Assembly: GCA_041662205.1 (NCBI GenBank) | Contig: JBAZSZ010000001.1 | Location: 81,973 to 145,972, forward strand | From: Minisyncoccota bacterium | GTDB lineage: Bacteria; Patescibacteriota; Minisyncoccia; Phycocordibacterales; UBA9973 | Reading direction: 5' to 3' | DNA length: 64,000 bases | Part shown: piece by piece, positions 27,670 through 38,015 of the stretch | Numbering within the stretch: position 1 is the stretch's first letter | Layout: each line of letters starts with the position of its first letter | The notes under the pieces: generated by a model | Database searches by the model: none | Seen by the model: the letters and a program-made list of their open reading frames with translations, nothing else | What the model was told of the DNA's origin: nothing | Made by a program: the position numbers and the translations under genes

Positions 27670-28851
27670 ATGGAAAAAAGATTCTTAAATGTAGACTCGG
27701 ATGTTCTCAAGCTGGGTTTCGTAAGTTTTCTTACTGATATTAGCTCTGAAGCAATTTTTTCAGTTTTCTCTATATTCTTTACTGTATTTACTGGTGCTTC
27801 CGCAACACTGCTTGGTATCGTAGAAGGTTTTTCAGATTTTTCTGCATCTTCTTTGGATTATTTTTCCGGCTGGCTGTCAGATAAGTTTGGAAAAAGGAAA
27901 GATTTGGCTTTGATGGGTTATGGGTTTTCTACTTTAGCGAAGTTTATGCTTTTATTAGGTACCTCGGTAGTAACTCTTTCTTTTTTTAGAATTATTGAAC
28001 GTGTGGGAAAAAGTTTTCGTGGTCCGCCGAGAGATGCTTGGCTCTCTTCTGTCGCGGAAAAAGGTACGAGGGGGTACATTTTTGGTTTGCACAAAGCGAT
28101 GGATAAAATGGGAGCTGTCTTAGGTCCACTCGTTGCATACTTTTTTCTTATTTATTTCGGACAGAGTCTAAGTACTTTTCGTCTGATTTTTTTCATTTCA
28201 GTGATTGGGGCAGTGGGGGCGGTGTTAGTGCTTTCCTTGATGAAAGATCGTCCAGGGACTCCACATGAAAGAGAAAATATTTTCAAAGCTTGGGGGACAC
28301 TGTGTCCAGAATTTAAAAAGTTTCTTATTCCCGCTGGAATTTTTTCTTTGGCATATTTTAGCTTTGGATTTTTATTGCTTCGAGCTTATGTTCTCGGTTT
28401 TGCTATAACTGATGTGGTATTACTCTATGCACTTTTTAATGTTTCTTTTGTTGTGATGTCTATACCCATAGGTAAACTTGGGGATTTTATCGGCCGAAGG
28501 TATATTATCATTTTAGAATATTTAATTTATATCTTTATGACTCTTGGTTTTATTTTTGTAAAAGAAAAATGGGAGGTAGTCATTTTGTTTATTTTATTTG
28601 GTATCTTTTACAGTATAGATGAAGCTCAGAGCAAAGCATTTATTACCGATCTAGAAAAAGATCGAAGAGCCACAGCTATCGGAGCTTATAATTTTATTAC
28701 AGGCTTAATTTATCTTTTAGCTTCAGTTTTTGCAGGCATACTTTGGGTTTTAAACCCAATATATGCCTTTGTTTTTGCAGCATTTGTAGCTCTTGTCGCT
28801 TTGGTTGTTTTCGTTTATCTTTTTCCATCAAAGGCGGGCGGGCTTTTTTAA
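27670..28851 (+). CDS. MFS transporter
   Basis: About 12 TM segments; SGWLSDKFGKRK and GKLGDFIGRR motif A. Confidence 0.88.
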   Translation: MEKRFLNVDSDVLKLGFVSFLTDISSEAIFSVFSIFFTVFTGASATLLGIVEGFSDFSASSLDYFSGWLSDKFGKRKDLALMGYGFSTLAKFMLLLGTSVVTLSFFRIIERVGKSFRGPPRDAWLSSVAEKGTRGYIFGLHKAMDKMGAVLGPLVAYFFLIYFGQSLSTFRLIFFISVIGAVGAVLVLSLMKDRPGTPHERENIFKAWGTLCPEFKKFLIPAGIFSLAYFSFGFLLLRAYVLGFAITDVVLLYALFNVSFVVMSIPIGKLGDFIGRRYIIILEYLIYIFMTLGFIFVKEKWEVVILFILFGIFYSIDEAQSKAFITDLEKDRRATAIGAYNFITGLIYLLASVFAGILWVLNPIYAFVFAAFVALVALVVFVYLFPSKAGGLF

Positions 28852-28873
28852 AAAGTGGTATAATATTTGCACC

Positions 28874-29548
28874 ATGGAAAACATAAAAAATAACTGGGTT
28901 TTGATTATTGGGGGAGTATTTTTAGTTTTTTCTATTCTTTGTTTTTTTGCTGCGAGGAATTTTTCTAAACAACAGTCTTACGTTGAAGTTAAAGGTTTGT
29001 CGGAAAAAATAGTCAAAGCGGATGTAGCTATTTGGTCAATCAATTTTGATGTTAAATCCAATGATGTTGATTCACTGTATGCTAGCATTCAGACGAATAT
29101 CGATACCATTAAATCATTTCTCACAAGTAAAGGTTTTGAAGATTCTGAAATAAATGTCGCTCCAGTGAATATTTATCAAGATACATTCAGGGATTCATTA
29201 TTTAGATATAATTCCAGTACACAATTATCTGTTTATACCAAAAAAGTTGATTTAGTTAAATCCACATCCAAAGATACTTTATTTTTAGTAAAAAAGGGAA
29301 TTACGATGAGTCAAAACTCAATTGTTTTTCAATTTTCAGATATCAATAGTGTGAAGCCAGAAATGCTAGCTGAAGCTATTAAGAATGCGAAAGACACCGC
29401 TGCCCAATTTGCGAAAGAGTCCGGTGCTCGTTTAGGGAGTGTGGCACGGGGCAATCAAGGCGTATTTGATATCTCTGACAAAGACCCCGGTTCTCCTGAA
29501 TTTAAAAAGATACGCGTAGTTTCTACGCTTAGGTTTCTGTTAAATTAA
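28874..29548 (+). CDS. SIMPL (DUF541) domain protein
   Basis: VEVKGLSEKIVKAD.A.W, KPEMLAEA..NA...A.QFA..SG, QG.F.I, KKIRVVST. Confidence 0.82.
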   Translation: MENIKNNWVLIIGGVFLVFSILCFFAARNFSKQQSYVEVKGLSEKIVKADVAIWSINFDVKSNDVDSLYASIQTNIDTIKSFLTSKGFEDSEINVAPVNIYQDTFRDSLFRYNSSTQLSVYTKKVDLVKSTSKDTLFLVKKGITMSQNSIVFQFSDINSVKPEMLAEAIKNAKDTAAQFAKESGARLGSVARGNQGVFDISDKDPGSPEFKKIRVVSTLRFLLN

Positions 29549-30075
29549 TGTCAAAGAAATTAAAAAAACAAAAGAAAATCCTGCCTGCGCAGATAGGAAA
29601 TAAAAAAATTGTCATGGTTAGTGGGGGATTTGATCCTGTGCATATTGGTCATGTGCGGATGTTTAATGAAGCCAAAAAATTAGGTGATGAGCTGGTGGTT
29701 GTTATGAACAATGATAATTGGTTAAATTTTAAAAAAGGCTATGCTTTTATGCCAGAGCAGGAACGCAAAGAAATCATTGAGGCTATCGGTGCTGTGGATA
29801 AAGTAGTATTAACAAGGCATTCAAAAAATACAAAAGACATAAGTATTTGCGAAGAGTTACGTAAAATCAAACCACATATTTTTGCTAATGGAGGAGACAG
29901 AAAACCAGATTGGGATCCAGTGCCAGAAGTGGCAGTATGCGAAGAACTTGGCATAAAAATGGTATACAATATTGGACACGGGGGAAAAGTCAGAAGCTCG
30001 TCTGATTTAGTAAAACAAGTACAAAAAAAGAAATTAAAAATAAAAAAGCCAGTCCGACGTGATGGAAAAAAATAA
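29548..30075 (+). CDS. Cytidylyltransferase-family nucleotidyltransferase
   Basis: SGGFDPVHIGH (HxGH), FANGGDR, SSS. Confidence 0.85.
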   Translation: MSKKLKKQKKILPAQIGNKKIVMVSGGFDPVHIGHVRMFNEAKKLGDELVVVMNNDNWLNFKKGYAFMPEQERKEIIEAIGAVDKVVLTRHSKNTKDISICEELRKIKPHIFANGGDRKPDWDPVPEVAVCEELGIKMVYNIGHGGKVRSSSDLVKQVQKKKLKIKKPVRRDGKK

Positions 30076-30077
30076 AA

Positions 30078-30833
30078 ATGAAACCTTTGAATGAGATGTC
30101 AACAAAAGATATCAGTAAGATTAAATTAGTTGTTTTTGATGTTGATGGGGTAATAGTGCCAAGAGGAACTAAAATAAAACAGGTTGGAAATACAACCACT
30201 CTAGAGACGAAAGTTATCGCACCCAAGCAAATAAAACAAATTGAAGAACTTTATAAACAAGGATTTTTAATAAATATTAGTTCTGGTAGAGGCTTGTATA
30301 TGTTGCAAGAAATGTTCCGAGATATTTTGCCTTTTATTAGTCTTACTTATGAATGTGGTAGTGCTACTTGGTATAAAGGAAAAATTTATCAACATATAAA
30401 CAGTTTCGATCGCTTGAAAGATATCTTGCCGAAATTAAAGAAAGTAGCAATTAAAAATAAAAATTTTAAAGGGTTTGAACCCAAAGAGTTTATCATAACA
30501 ATTCATTGTAAAAAACAGATCAAAGAAATTGAGGATATGGTAAAGAGAAAGAAGGACCTTGTAACTTATTGGAACGGTGAAGCGTATGATGTTTTGATAA
30601 AAAAAGACCAGACAAAAGCTCTCGGTCTAAGACATACCATGAAACTTTTTAAATTAAAGAAAGAAAATGTGCTGGCCATAGGGGATAATTATAATGACCA
30701 AGAATTATTGGAAGAAAGCGGAATGCCTATATCAGCTGATAAAACAAGAGTTCAAGGAAAATTCTATGTTCCATTAAAAGGTAAGTTTCTTCCTGCAGAC
30801 GAACTAATGCAGAAGATTTTAGAACTCTCATGA
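30078..30833 (+). CDS. HAD-IIB family phosphatase/mutase
   Basis: FDVDGV, SSGR, TKALG, IGDNYND. Confidence 0.85.
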   Translation: MKPLNEMSTKDISKIKLVVFDVDGVIVPRGTKIKQVGNTTTLETKVIAPKQIKQIEELYKQGFLINISSGRGLYMLQEMFRDILPFISLTYECGSATWYKGKIYQHINSFDRLKDILPKLKKVAIKNKNFKGFEPKEFIITIHCKKQIKEIEDMVKRKKDLVTYWNGEAYDVLIKKDQTKALGLRHTMKLFKLKKENVLAIGDNYNDQELLEESGMPISADKTRVQGKFYVPLKGKFLPADELMQKILELS

Positions 30834-31177
30834 AATCATTTATTGTAGAAAGATGTTGGGGTAAATTTGAACAATTTACAAAGAGTGAGACAACTACGGT
30901 TAAAATTATTTCAATTAATCCAAATAGCACTTTAAGTTTGCAATATCATAATCACCGAGCAGAATTTTGGCGAGTACTTTCAGGTCATCCTTTAGTAACA
31001 ATTGGAGAAAATGTTATAAGAGCAAATCCAGGTGATGAGTTTATAGTGAAAATTAAACAGATTCATCGTCTTGCAACTGAAGATGATGCTGTGCAAATTC
31101 TAGAAATTGCTTACGATAATAACTTTGACGAAGAGGACATTGTTAGGTTAGAAGATAAATATGGCCGTGTTAAATAA
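30830..31177 (+). CDS. Type II phosphomannose isomerase cupin-domain protein
   Basis: R.WG, LSLQYHNHRAEFW, HRL, EEDIVRLEDKYGR. Confidence 0.85.
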   Translation: MKSFIVERCWGKFEQFTKSETTTVKIISINPNSTLSLQYHNHRAEFWRVLSGHPLVTIGENVIRANPGDEFIVKIKQIHRLATEDDAVQILEIAYDNNFDEEDIVRLEDKYGRVK

Positions 31178-32393
31178 CAAAAAAATAATAAAAAAGCCTG
31201 CCCACCGTGGCGGGAAAGTAGTAAAAAAGTTTTCTATAAAAAAGAAGATATTAAAAACTGTTAAGAAAAAGACATTAGTGAAAAAAACAGTTCAAAAAAG
31301 AAAAAAAATATCTATTAAATCTAAATTATTAAGAAAAAAATCCTTATCTTTACTTAAAAAATATGAAGGCAATCCAATAATAGGTCCTACCAGCAATTCA
31401 ACTTGGGAATCACAAGCAGTTTTTAATCCCGCTGCGGTGGTGCAAGATGGGCGGGTGCATCTTTTTTATCGCGCTCTTGGAAATGATGGTATGTCTCGTA
31501 TTGGATATATGTCGAGCAAAGACGGTATCTCTTTTGAAGAAAGAATTCCTTATCCAGTTTTTGTTGCAGAAAATATAAAAGAAGCAAAAGATCATTTTTC
31601 TTTTACTTCTCCTGCGCGTCTTGTTTATAACACTGTTTTATTTGCCTCTGGTGGTGGTTGGGGTGGATGTGAAGACCCACGAGCCGTAAAGATAGGTGAT
31701 CGAATATATTTAACCTTTAATATGTTTAATGGGTGGGAATCAATGCGAGTCGCTTTTACTTCTATTGATGGAGAAGATTTAAAGAATAAGAAATGGAATT
31801 GGAGTAAATTTGCTTATCTTACTCGTCCTGGAGATAGGCAAAAGAATTGGGTTTTATTTCCTGAAAAGTTTAACGGCAAGTTTGCTATTTTTCATAATTT
31901 AGATAAAGGAGTTCCTTCGAGAGTTCACATAGCATATGTGGACGAGCTCGATATGTATAAAACTCCTTCAATGAAAGAAGCTCCAGATCCTCAAATGTTA
32001 CCAGATCATGAAGTGGCCTGGCACAATCGTACTCGTAGTGCTTCCGCTCCACCCATAAAAACCCCAGATGGCTGGCTTCTTTTTTATCATGCGATGGAAA
32101 AAGGTGAACATCATCGATATAAAGTTGGAGCACTTTTGCTTGATTTAAAAGATCCTACGAAAGTTCTTTATAGGTCCGCTTATCCATTATTACAACCAGA
32201 TGAATGGTATGAAAATGATTGGAAACCTGGTATTGTGTATGCGAGTGGTGCAGTCGTAAAAGACGGAGTCCTTTTCCTTTATTATGGCGCAGGGGACAAA
32301 CACATCGCTGTAGCTTATACGAATTTTGAGGATTTTATTCAAAAGCTCAAAAATAAGGAGCATGCAATTTTTTCAAAAAAAATAATCAAATAA
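31161..32393 (+). CDS. GH130-family glycoside phosphorylase/hydrolase with Lys-rich N-terminus
   Basis: NPII.P, FNPAA, GCEDPR, KNWVLFPEK, LLFYH, YYGAGD. Confidence 0.85.
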   Translation: MAVLNNKKIIKKPAHRGGKVVKKFSIKKKILKTVKKKTLVKKTVQKRKKISIKSKLLRKKSLSLLKKYEGNPIIGPTSNSTWESQAVFNPAAVVQDGRVHLFYRALGNDGMSRIGYMSSKDGISFEERIPYPVFVAENIKEAKDHFSFTSPARLVYNTVLFASGGGWGGCEDPRAVKIGDRIYLTFNMFNGWESMRVAFTSIDGEDLKNKKWNWSKFAYLTRPGDRQKNWVLFPEKFNGKFAIFHNLDKGVPSRVHIAYVDELDMYKTPSMKEAPDPQMLPDHEVAWHNRTRSASAPPIKTPDGWLLFYHAMEKGEHHRYKVGALLLDLKDPTKVLYRSAYPLLQPDEWYENDWKPGIVYASGAVVKDGVLFLYYGAGDKHIAVAYTNFEDFIQKLKNKEHAIFSKKIIK

Positions 32394-32403
32394 AATAAAT
32401 TTT

Positions 32404-34350
32404 ATGTACGCAACAAAAAGATCACATCATAATCCTATTCTTGTTCCATATCGAGATCATTACTGGGAATCTTTTGCGACCTTTAATATGAGTGTAATAA
32501 AAAAAGGTAATATTTTTTATGGCGCTTACCGTGCTATCGGAGCCGTTGATAAACTGCGTATACCAGAGCAGATTTCTATTATTGGTTTAGGTACCAGTAA
32601 GGACAAGACTCATTTTGAAAAGTGTACGCCATTTATTGAACCTATCGAAGAATGGGAAAAATACGGTTGTGAAGATCCTCGCATTACTTTTTTTGAAGGA
32701 AATTACTACACATTTTATACAGCACTTTCCAAATACCCATTTGAAGCCAGTGGAATCAAGGTAGCGGTAGCAATTTCGAAGGATCTTAAAAAAGTTGATG
32801 AGCGTCATTTGGTAACACCTTTTAATGCTAAAGCTATGACACTTTTTTCAAAACGTATAAATGGTAAAATTACTGTGATTGTGACAGTGAATACAGATAT
32901 GCCTCCGTCTAAAATTGCAGTTGCACAGTTGGAAAAAATAGAAGATTTATGGAATCAAAAATTTTGGGAAAAATGGTATGCGAATTTAGATAAAAATGTT
33001 CTTGATTTGAAAAGATTTTCGACTGACCATACTGAGGTTGGGACTGCGCCAATCAAAACTCCTTATGGATGGCTTTTTTTATATTCCCATATTCAAAATT
33101 ATTTTGGTGGAGGTGATCGTGTATTTGGTATTGAGGCGATACTTCTTGATCTAAATAATCCTTTTAAAATTGTCGGACGAACAAAAGGTCCTATCTTAGT
33201 TCCTAGAGAGCCATATGAACTTATGGGACATGTTCCTAATATAGTTTTTCCTTCTGGGGCAATTTTAGAAAAAGATACTCTTTTTATTTATTACGGAGCA
33301 ACTGACACTACTACTTGCATGGCACATGTGAATATAATAGATCTTGTGGGTACTATGCGTCCGACGACATCCGCTAAATGGCATTTTAAACGCTATGTAA
33401 AAAATCCTATTATTACCAGAAATGAAACACATCCATGGGAAGCAAAAGCCACATTTAATCCAGCTGCTTTACGGATAAAAAATACAATTCATATATTATA
33501 TCGGGCACTCTCAGATGATAATACTTCTTCTATAGGCTATGCTTCTTCTAAAGATGGTATTTCCATAGACGAAAGAGATCCTGACCCAATATATATTCCT
33601 AGAGAAAGTTTTGAATTAAAAAAAATAGCTGGAGGAAATTCTGGTTGTGAAGATCCACGATTAACAAAAATAGGTAAGACTATTTATATGTGTTACACGG
33701 CCTTTGATGGTATCGGTCCACCAAGAGTTGCCGTTACTTCTATAACAGAAAAAAACTTTTTAAAAAAAAATTGGCAATGGGAAAAGCCTATTTTAATCAC
33801 TCCGAAAGGTTTTGATGATAAAGACACCTGTATTTTTCCTGAAAAAACTAATGGGAAATATTTTGTTTTACACCGAGTGGGAAATGAAATATGTGGAGAT
33901 TATTTAAAATCACTTAATTTTAAAACTGAAACTATCCGAAAATGTATTAGGATTATAGGACCAAGAATAAACAAGTGGGATAATGCTAAAGTTGGAATTT
34001 CGGCGCCTCCCATCAAAACAAAATACGGATGGTTGCTCCTCTACCATGGTATTTCAAAAAATCACAATACTTATCGTATTGGAGCGGTCTTGCTTGATCT
34101 CAAAGATCCAGCCACGGTTCTTTCTCGTATTTCAGATCCTATTTTTGAACCAGAAGAACCTTATGAAAAAGTTGGCATTGTTAATAATGTTGTTTTTCCG
34201 TGTGGAATGGTAGAGAAAGATGGGACACTCTTTATATATTATGGAGGAGCGGATACTGTAGTGGGGGTAGCGACAATGGAAATTGATATTATACTTAAAG
34301 CCCTTACTCGAGACACCAAACTTACAGATAGAGGTGGAAAGAAAAAATAA
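32404..34350 (+). CDS. Tandem two-domain GH130-family protein
   Basis: Two sets of NPI/FN/CEDPR/YYG motifs. Confidence 0.85.
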   Translation: MYATKRSHHNPILVPYRDHYWESFATFNMSVIKKGNIFYGAYRAIGAVDKLRIPEQISIIGLGTSKDKTHFEKCTPFIEPIEEWEKYGCEDPRITFFEGNYYTFYTALSKYPFEASGIKVAVAISKDLKKVDERHLVTPFNAKAMTLFSKRINGKITVIVTVNTDMPPSKIAVAQLEKIEDLWNQKFWEKWYANLDKNVLDLKRFSTDHTEVGTAPIKTPYGWLFLYSHIQNYFGGGDRVFGIEAILLDLNNPFKIVGRTKGPILVPREPYELMGHVPNIVFPSGAILEKDTLFIYYGATDTTTCMAHVNIIDLVGTMRPTTSAKWHFKRYVKNPIITRNETHPWEAKATFNPAALRIKNTIHILYRALSDDNTSSIGYASSKDGISIDERDPDPIYIPRESFELKKIAGGNSGCEDPRLTKIGKTIYMCYTAFDGIGPPRVAVTSITEKNFLKKNWQWEKPILITPKGFDDKDTCIFPEKTNGKYFVLHRVGNEICGDYLKSLNFKTETIRKCIRIIGPRINKWDNAKVGISAPPIKTKYGWLLLYHGISKNHNTYRIGAVLLDLKDPATVLSRISDPIFEPEEPYEKVGIVNNVVFPCGMVEKDGTLFIYYGGADTVVGVATMEIDIILKALTRDTKLTDRGGKKK

Positions 34351-34420
34351 AATATATCCCTTACAGGACTGCGATTTTTTAGCTTTTGCAAAGCTAAAAA
34401 ATCGAGAGTATAATAAAGAT

Positions 34421-34819
34421 ATGCAAATAAATTTACAAGGAAAGGGAATCGAATTAACAGAATCAATTAAAGATTATGTTCTCAAGAGGGTTACCAACCT
34501 AGAGAAATTACTTTCTAGGATTGAGGCAGAAAAAGGAGAAGCGATGGTAAATTTTGAAGTGGTAAAGACTACGAATCACCACAAGGCAGGGGAGATTTTT
34601 CATGCTAGCTGTATTCTTAGAGTAGATGGTAAAAAGTTTTATAGTGAAAGCAATAATGAGGATTTGTATGGCGCGATAGATGAAGTGAAAGAAACTCTTT
34701 TTAACGAAATTAGTAAAAGTAAAGATCGTGATCAAACTCTCTATAAACGTGGGGCAGCCAGCGTGAAAAAAATGCTCAAAGGTCTTTCTAAGAGAAATCC
34801 TTTTACTTCGAAATATTAG
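34421..34819 (+). CDS. hpf: Ribosome hibernation promoting factor (HPF/RaiA)
   Basis: MQINLQGKGIELTESIKDYV...DLYGAID; start re-assigned to 34421. Confidence 0.88.
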   Translation: MQINLQGKGIELTESIKDYVLKRVTNLEKLLSRIEAEKGEAMVNFEVVKTTNHHKAGEIFHASCILRVDGKKFYSESNNEDLYGAIDEVKETLFNEISKSKDRDQTLYKRGAASVKKMLKGLSKRNPFTSKY

Positions 34820-34821
34820 TT

Positions 34822-35676
34822 TCAAGAAATTCTCAAGAAGTCCTCATATTTTATTTCTTTTTTGCCCTCAGGGAGAACTTTTTTGATAAATAATTTCCCT
34901 TTAGAGAAATTTACTTCGGTGATTTTTATTCTTTTTCCATTTTTTATAAAATATATTCCAGGCCAGCCATAGAGAGCGCAATATTTAGTATAAGTTTCTT
35001 TTGGTGAATCATTTAACAAATCTACTAAACCGTCTTCTTTCTTAATTTTTTCACAGTAAGTCGTTTTTGTTTCATCTTGAGGTTTTAGGGTGATTTTTCC
35101 TTTCATGTAATCTTCTATTGCTTGCACTAATAACTTTCCACCTTTACGGAAAAGTTTTTCCTCTAAAATTGGCAAAAGGGGAGGCCAATCTATGTCATTT
35201 ATCTCAACACTTTCCTGTGTGACAATAGGACCGTGATCCATTTTTTCATCCAAAACTATTATCGTTGTTCCTGTATTTCTTTCATTGTTTAGTATTGCTG
35301 ATCTCACTGGGGAAGGACCACGAAGTCGCGGGAGTAAGGAAGGATGGATGTTCAAGATTCCATGTTTAGGTATGCTTAGAATTTTTTTTGGTAACATCTT
35401 TCCATAAGCCGTTAAGATAAAAACATCATATTCTTCTTCTTGTAAAATTTTTATAAAAGATTCATCGATGATTTTTGGCTGGAGAACAGGTACGTCGTGA
35501 GCCGCCGCCCATTTTTTAACTGGGGGAGCTTCAAAATGATTTCCCCGTCCAACTTTTAAGTCTGGAGCTGTTACAACAAGAGAAGGGAAATAATGAGCTT
35601 CTGCTAGCTCTTCAAGCACATACACAGCCAGCTCTGGTGTTCCCAAAAATACGAATTTTAAATCTTTATTTTGCAT
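34822..35676 (-). CDS. fmt: Methionyl-tRNA formyltransferase
   Basis: FLGTPE, VVTAPD..GRG, AYG, LNIHPSLLPRLRG.SP, MDHGPI. Confidence 0.92.
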   Translation of the reverse strand: MQNKDLKFVFLGTPELAVYVLEELAEAHYFPSLVVTAPDLKVGRGNHFEAPPVKKWAAAHDVPVLQPKIIDESFIKILQEEEYDVFILTAYGKMLPKKILSIPKHGILNIHPSLLPRLRGPSPVRSAILNNERNTGTTIIVLDEKMDHGPIVTQESVEINDIDWPPLLPILEEKLFRKGGKLLVQAIEDYMKGKITLKPQDETKTTYCEKIKKEDGLVDLLNDSPKETYTKYCALYGWPGIYFIKNGKRIKITEVNFSKGKLFIKKVLPEGKKEIKYEDFLRIS

Positions 35677-35771
35677 GAATTTATCTTATATTGCTTATCG
35701 GATTAATTATACATTATTTATATAAAAAAATTACCCTGCTGATTTGTGGTCAGCAGGGCGAGTGGGCTCTA

Positions 35772-36044
35772 TTAATCGAGTTCGTAGGCAACAACAATGT
35801 CTTTTCCGGCAATAACATCAGAAACAAAATGATGATTGCCGTAGCATCCTCGAAACACTGTTAGGAGTGTGTCATGGACTTTTTCCTGTGTTTCTTCCTC
35901 ACTGTCGTAAAGTATACCTCCGATAACAAATACTTTATTATCGGGACCTATTCCTAAGTCTTTCATAATAATTTCTTCAAGGGACTTTAGGGTAAGTGCT
36001 TTACACAGCTTCAAGATTTGATCAGCTCCCCATAAAATTTTCAT
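35772..36044 (-). CDS. Hypothetical protein in a self-contained cassette between def and fmt
   Basis: SD GGGAGGTGA before ATG 36044; upstream TTGACA; downstream hairpin CCCTGCTGA/TCAGCAGGG. Confidence 0.55.
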   Translation of the reverse strand: MKILWGADQILKLCKALTLKSLEEIIMKDLGIGPDNKVFVIGGILYDSEEETQEKVHDTLLTVFRGCYGNHHFVSDVIAGKDIVVAYELD

Positions 36045-36160
36045 ACCTTCACCTCCCTTCATGCATAATTTTAGTTTTGTACAAAATTTTTATCTTTAAG
36101 CAAATTAACAGGAAAATAATAACCTGTCAACCTCAAATACCAAGGGGAAATCTTGGTATT

Positions 36161-36700
36161 TTACCTAGGTAATTCTTCTCTTATGTCCTTTGCATGATCG
36201 ATAAATAGAATACCGTTTAGGTGGTCTGTTTCGTGTTGGAAGATTTGGGCTAGGAGTCCTGAGGCTCCCCGAGTAAATTTCTTGCCTTTTTCATCATAGG
36301 CTGTAATGGTAGCCTTTTTAGATCTAAAAGTATTGCCATAGAGCCAGCGGACCGAGAGGCACCCTTCGGGTAGCCATTCTTTATCTCGAGAAAGTTTTGA
36401 AATTTTTGGATTGATAAAAATTAGGTCTTTAATTTTTACCTCCTCTTTTTGAGGGGGTATTTTTTCTTTAAGTTTTTCTTTCCCAAAATCTGCCCGAAAT
36501 ATTTTTCCAGATACAATAAAGATTCGCAAATTATATCCGATCTGAGGTGCTGCTATGGCGACACCATCATCTTGGCTACCAAGGGCAAGAGACATTTCTT
36601 TTAAAACTTTTTTTATTTTGGGAGTTGTAATTTCTTGTGTCGGTATTTCTTTTGCGTGCTCACGTAGAACTTTTTCTTTTATTTGAAGAATTTTCTTCAT
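36161..36700 (-). CDS. def: Peptide deformylase
   Basis: GVAIAAPQIG, EGCLS, QHETDHLNG. Confidence 0.95.
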   Translation of the reverse strand: MKKILQIKEKVLREHAKEIPTQEITTPKIKKVLKEMSLALGSQDDGVAIAAPQIGYNLRIFIVSGKIFRADFGKEKLKEKIPPQKEEVKIKDLIFINPKISKLSRDKEWLPEGCLSVRWLYGNTFRSKKATITAYDEKGKKFTRGASGLLAQIFQHETDHLNGILFIDHAKDIREELPR

Positions 36701-36708
36701 TTCGTTTT

Positions 36709-38007
36709 TTATTTTAGTTCTTTTAAATATTCTAGAAGTTTAGCGAGCTTCACTGTTTCCTGTGATCTGTTGGACATATCTCGTACAATAACAGAATTAT
36801 CCAGAGCTTCTTTTAGTCCGAAAATTATAGCATGGGGGATAGAGAGCTTTTCAGCAATGGCTAATTGAGATCCCAAGCTATCTTTCGAGAGTGATTGGGC
36901 GATAGGAATACGCGCCTTACGTAGGATTTCGATTATATTTAGACTTTTTAGTTTTGCTTCAGGGCCTAATTGGATAAAATAAATTTTTGGTTTCTTTAAA
37001 ATACGAGGTGAAAGTTTTTTGTACCAAGGAGAAGCAACAATTCGATCTACTCCGATAGATATTCCAACAGCTGGCACATCGCGTTTGCTGCCTATCTGGC
37101 GAGCCAAGTAATCATAGCGTCCACCAGCGACCAATGTGAGGGGGGTGCCGTCTTCACTCCCTGTCTGTTCGATGATTTCAAAAACAGTACGAGTGTAATA
37201 AGATATTCCGCGTACTAAATTTTTATTTACATTGTAAGGTATGCCCATTTCTTCTAAATATTCTAATACTTCTTTGAAATGTTTTTTACAAGAAGCACAA
37301 AGAAAAGAAACTGAATCTGGAGCATTTTCATTTATTTCTTTTGTTTTTGGATCTTTTGAATCTAAAATCCGAAGCGGGTTTGTTTTTAAGCGTTCCCTAT
37401 CTATTGTTCCTAAATTGTTTATATGTTTTTTGTAATAATTTGTAAGTTCTTTTAAGTATGTATTTCTGCACTCTTTGTCACCAATTGAATTTATATCAAT
37501 TGATAAATTCGTTGCCCCTGCTTCTTCCAAGATACTCATTCCTACTTTTATGACTAAAGCATCCATAATACTTTTATCGTTACCAAGACAATCTAAATCA
37601 AATTGCCAAAACTGTCTGTACCGTCCTTTTTGAGGTTTATCATGTCTAAAGACTGGTCCATATTGATAAAACATTACAGGTTGAGGCATGGTTTGCATTC
37701 CATGTTCGATATAAGCGCGCATTAGGGGAGCGGTGTGTTCAGGTCGAAGCGCTAAATGATCTCCACCTTTGGTTTTGAGTGTGTACATTTCTTTGTCTAC
37801 GATATCTGTTCCGAGACCAATTGTTCTAGAAAAAATTTCTTCATTTTCCAAGATTGGAGTATCTATTGGCTTGAAACCATAATGCACTGCCACTTCCTGT
37901 GCTTTTTCAAAAAATCCTTGGAAAGAATAATATTCTTCATTCATTAAATCTCTCATCCCCTTAGAGGAGGACACTTCCATTGTTTTATTTTTATTTATTT
38001 TTTTCAT
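36709..38007 (-). CDS. hisS: Histidyl-tRNA synthetase
   Basis: LRPEHTA, FRHDKPQKGRYRQF, LVRGISYY, GGRYD. Confidence 0.95.
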   Translation of the reverse strand: MKKINKNKTMEVSSSKGMRDLMNEEYYSFQGFFEKAQEVAVHYGFKPIDTPILENEEIFSRTIGLGTDIVDKEMYTLKTKGGDHLALRPEHTAPLMRAYIEHGMQTMPQPVMFYQYGPVFRHDKPQKGRYRQFWQFDLDCLGNDKSIMDALVIKVGMSILEEAGATNLSIDINSIGDKECRNTYLKELTNYYKKHINNLGTIDRERLKTNPLRILDSKDPKTKEINENAPDSVSFLCASCKKHFKEVLEYLEEMGIPYNVNKNLVRGISYYTRTVFEIIEQTGSEDGTPLTLVAGGRYDYLARQIGSKRDVPAVGISIGVDRIVASPWYKKLSPRILKKPKIYFIQLGPEAKLKSLNIIEILRKARIPIAQSLSKDSLGSQLAIAEKLSIPHAIIFGLKEALDNSVIVRDMSNRSQETVKLAKLLEYLKELK

Positions 38008-38015
38008 TTTCAGTT

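Noticed and set aside
34283-34420. N-terminal extension of HPF in the ORF track (similar extensions at 24169, 28793, 45073, 60102)
   Set aside because: These overlap upstream genes, hairpins or promoter boxes; homology and -10 spacing favour the downstream ATGs.
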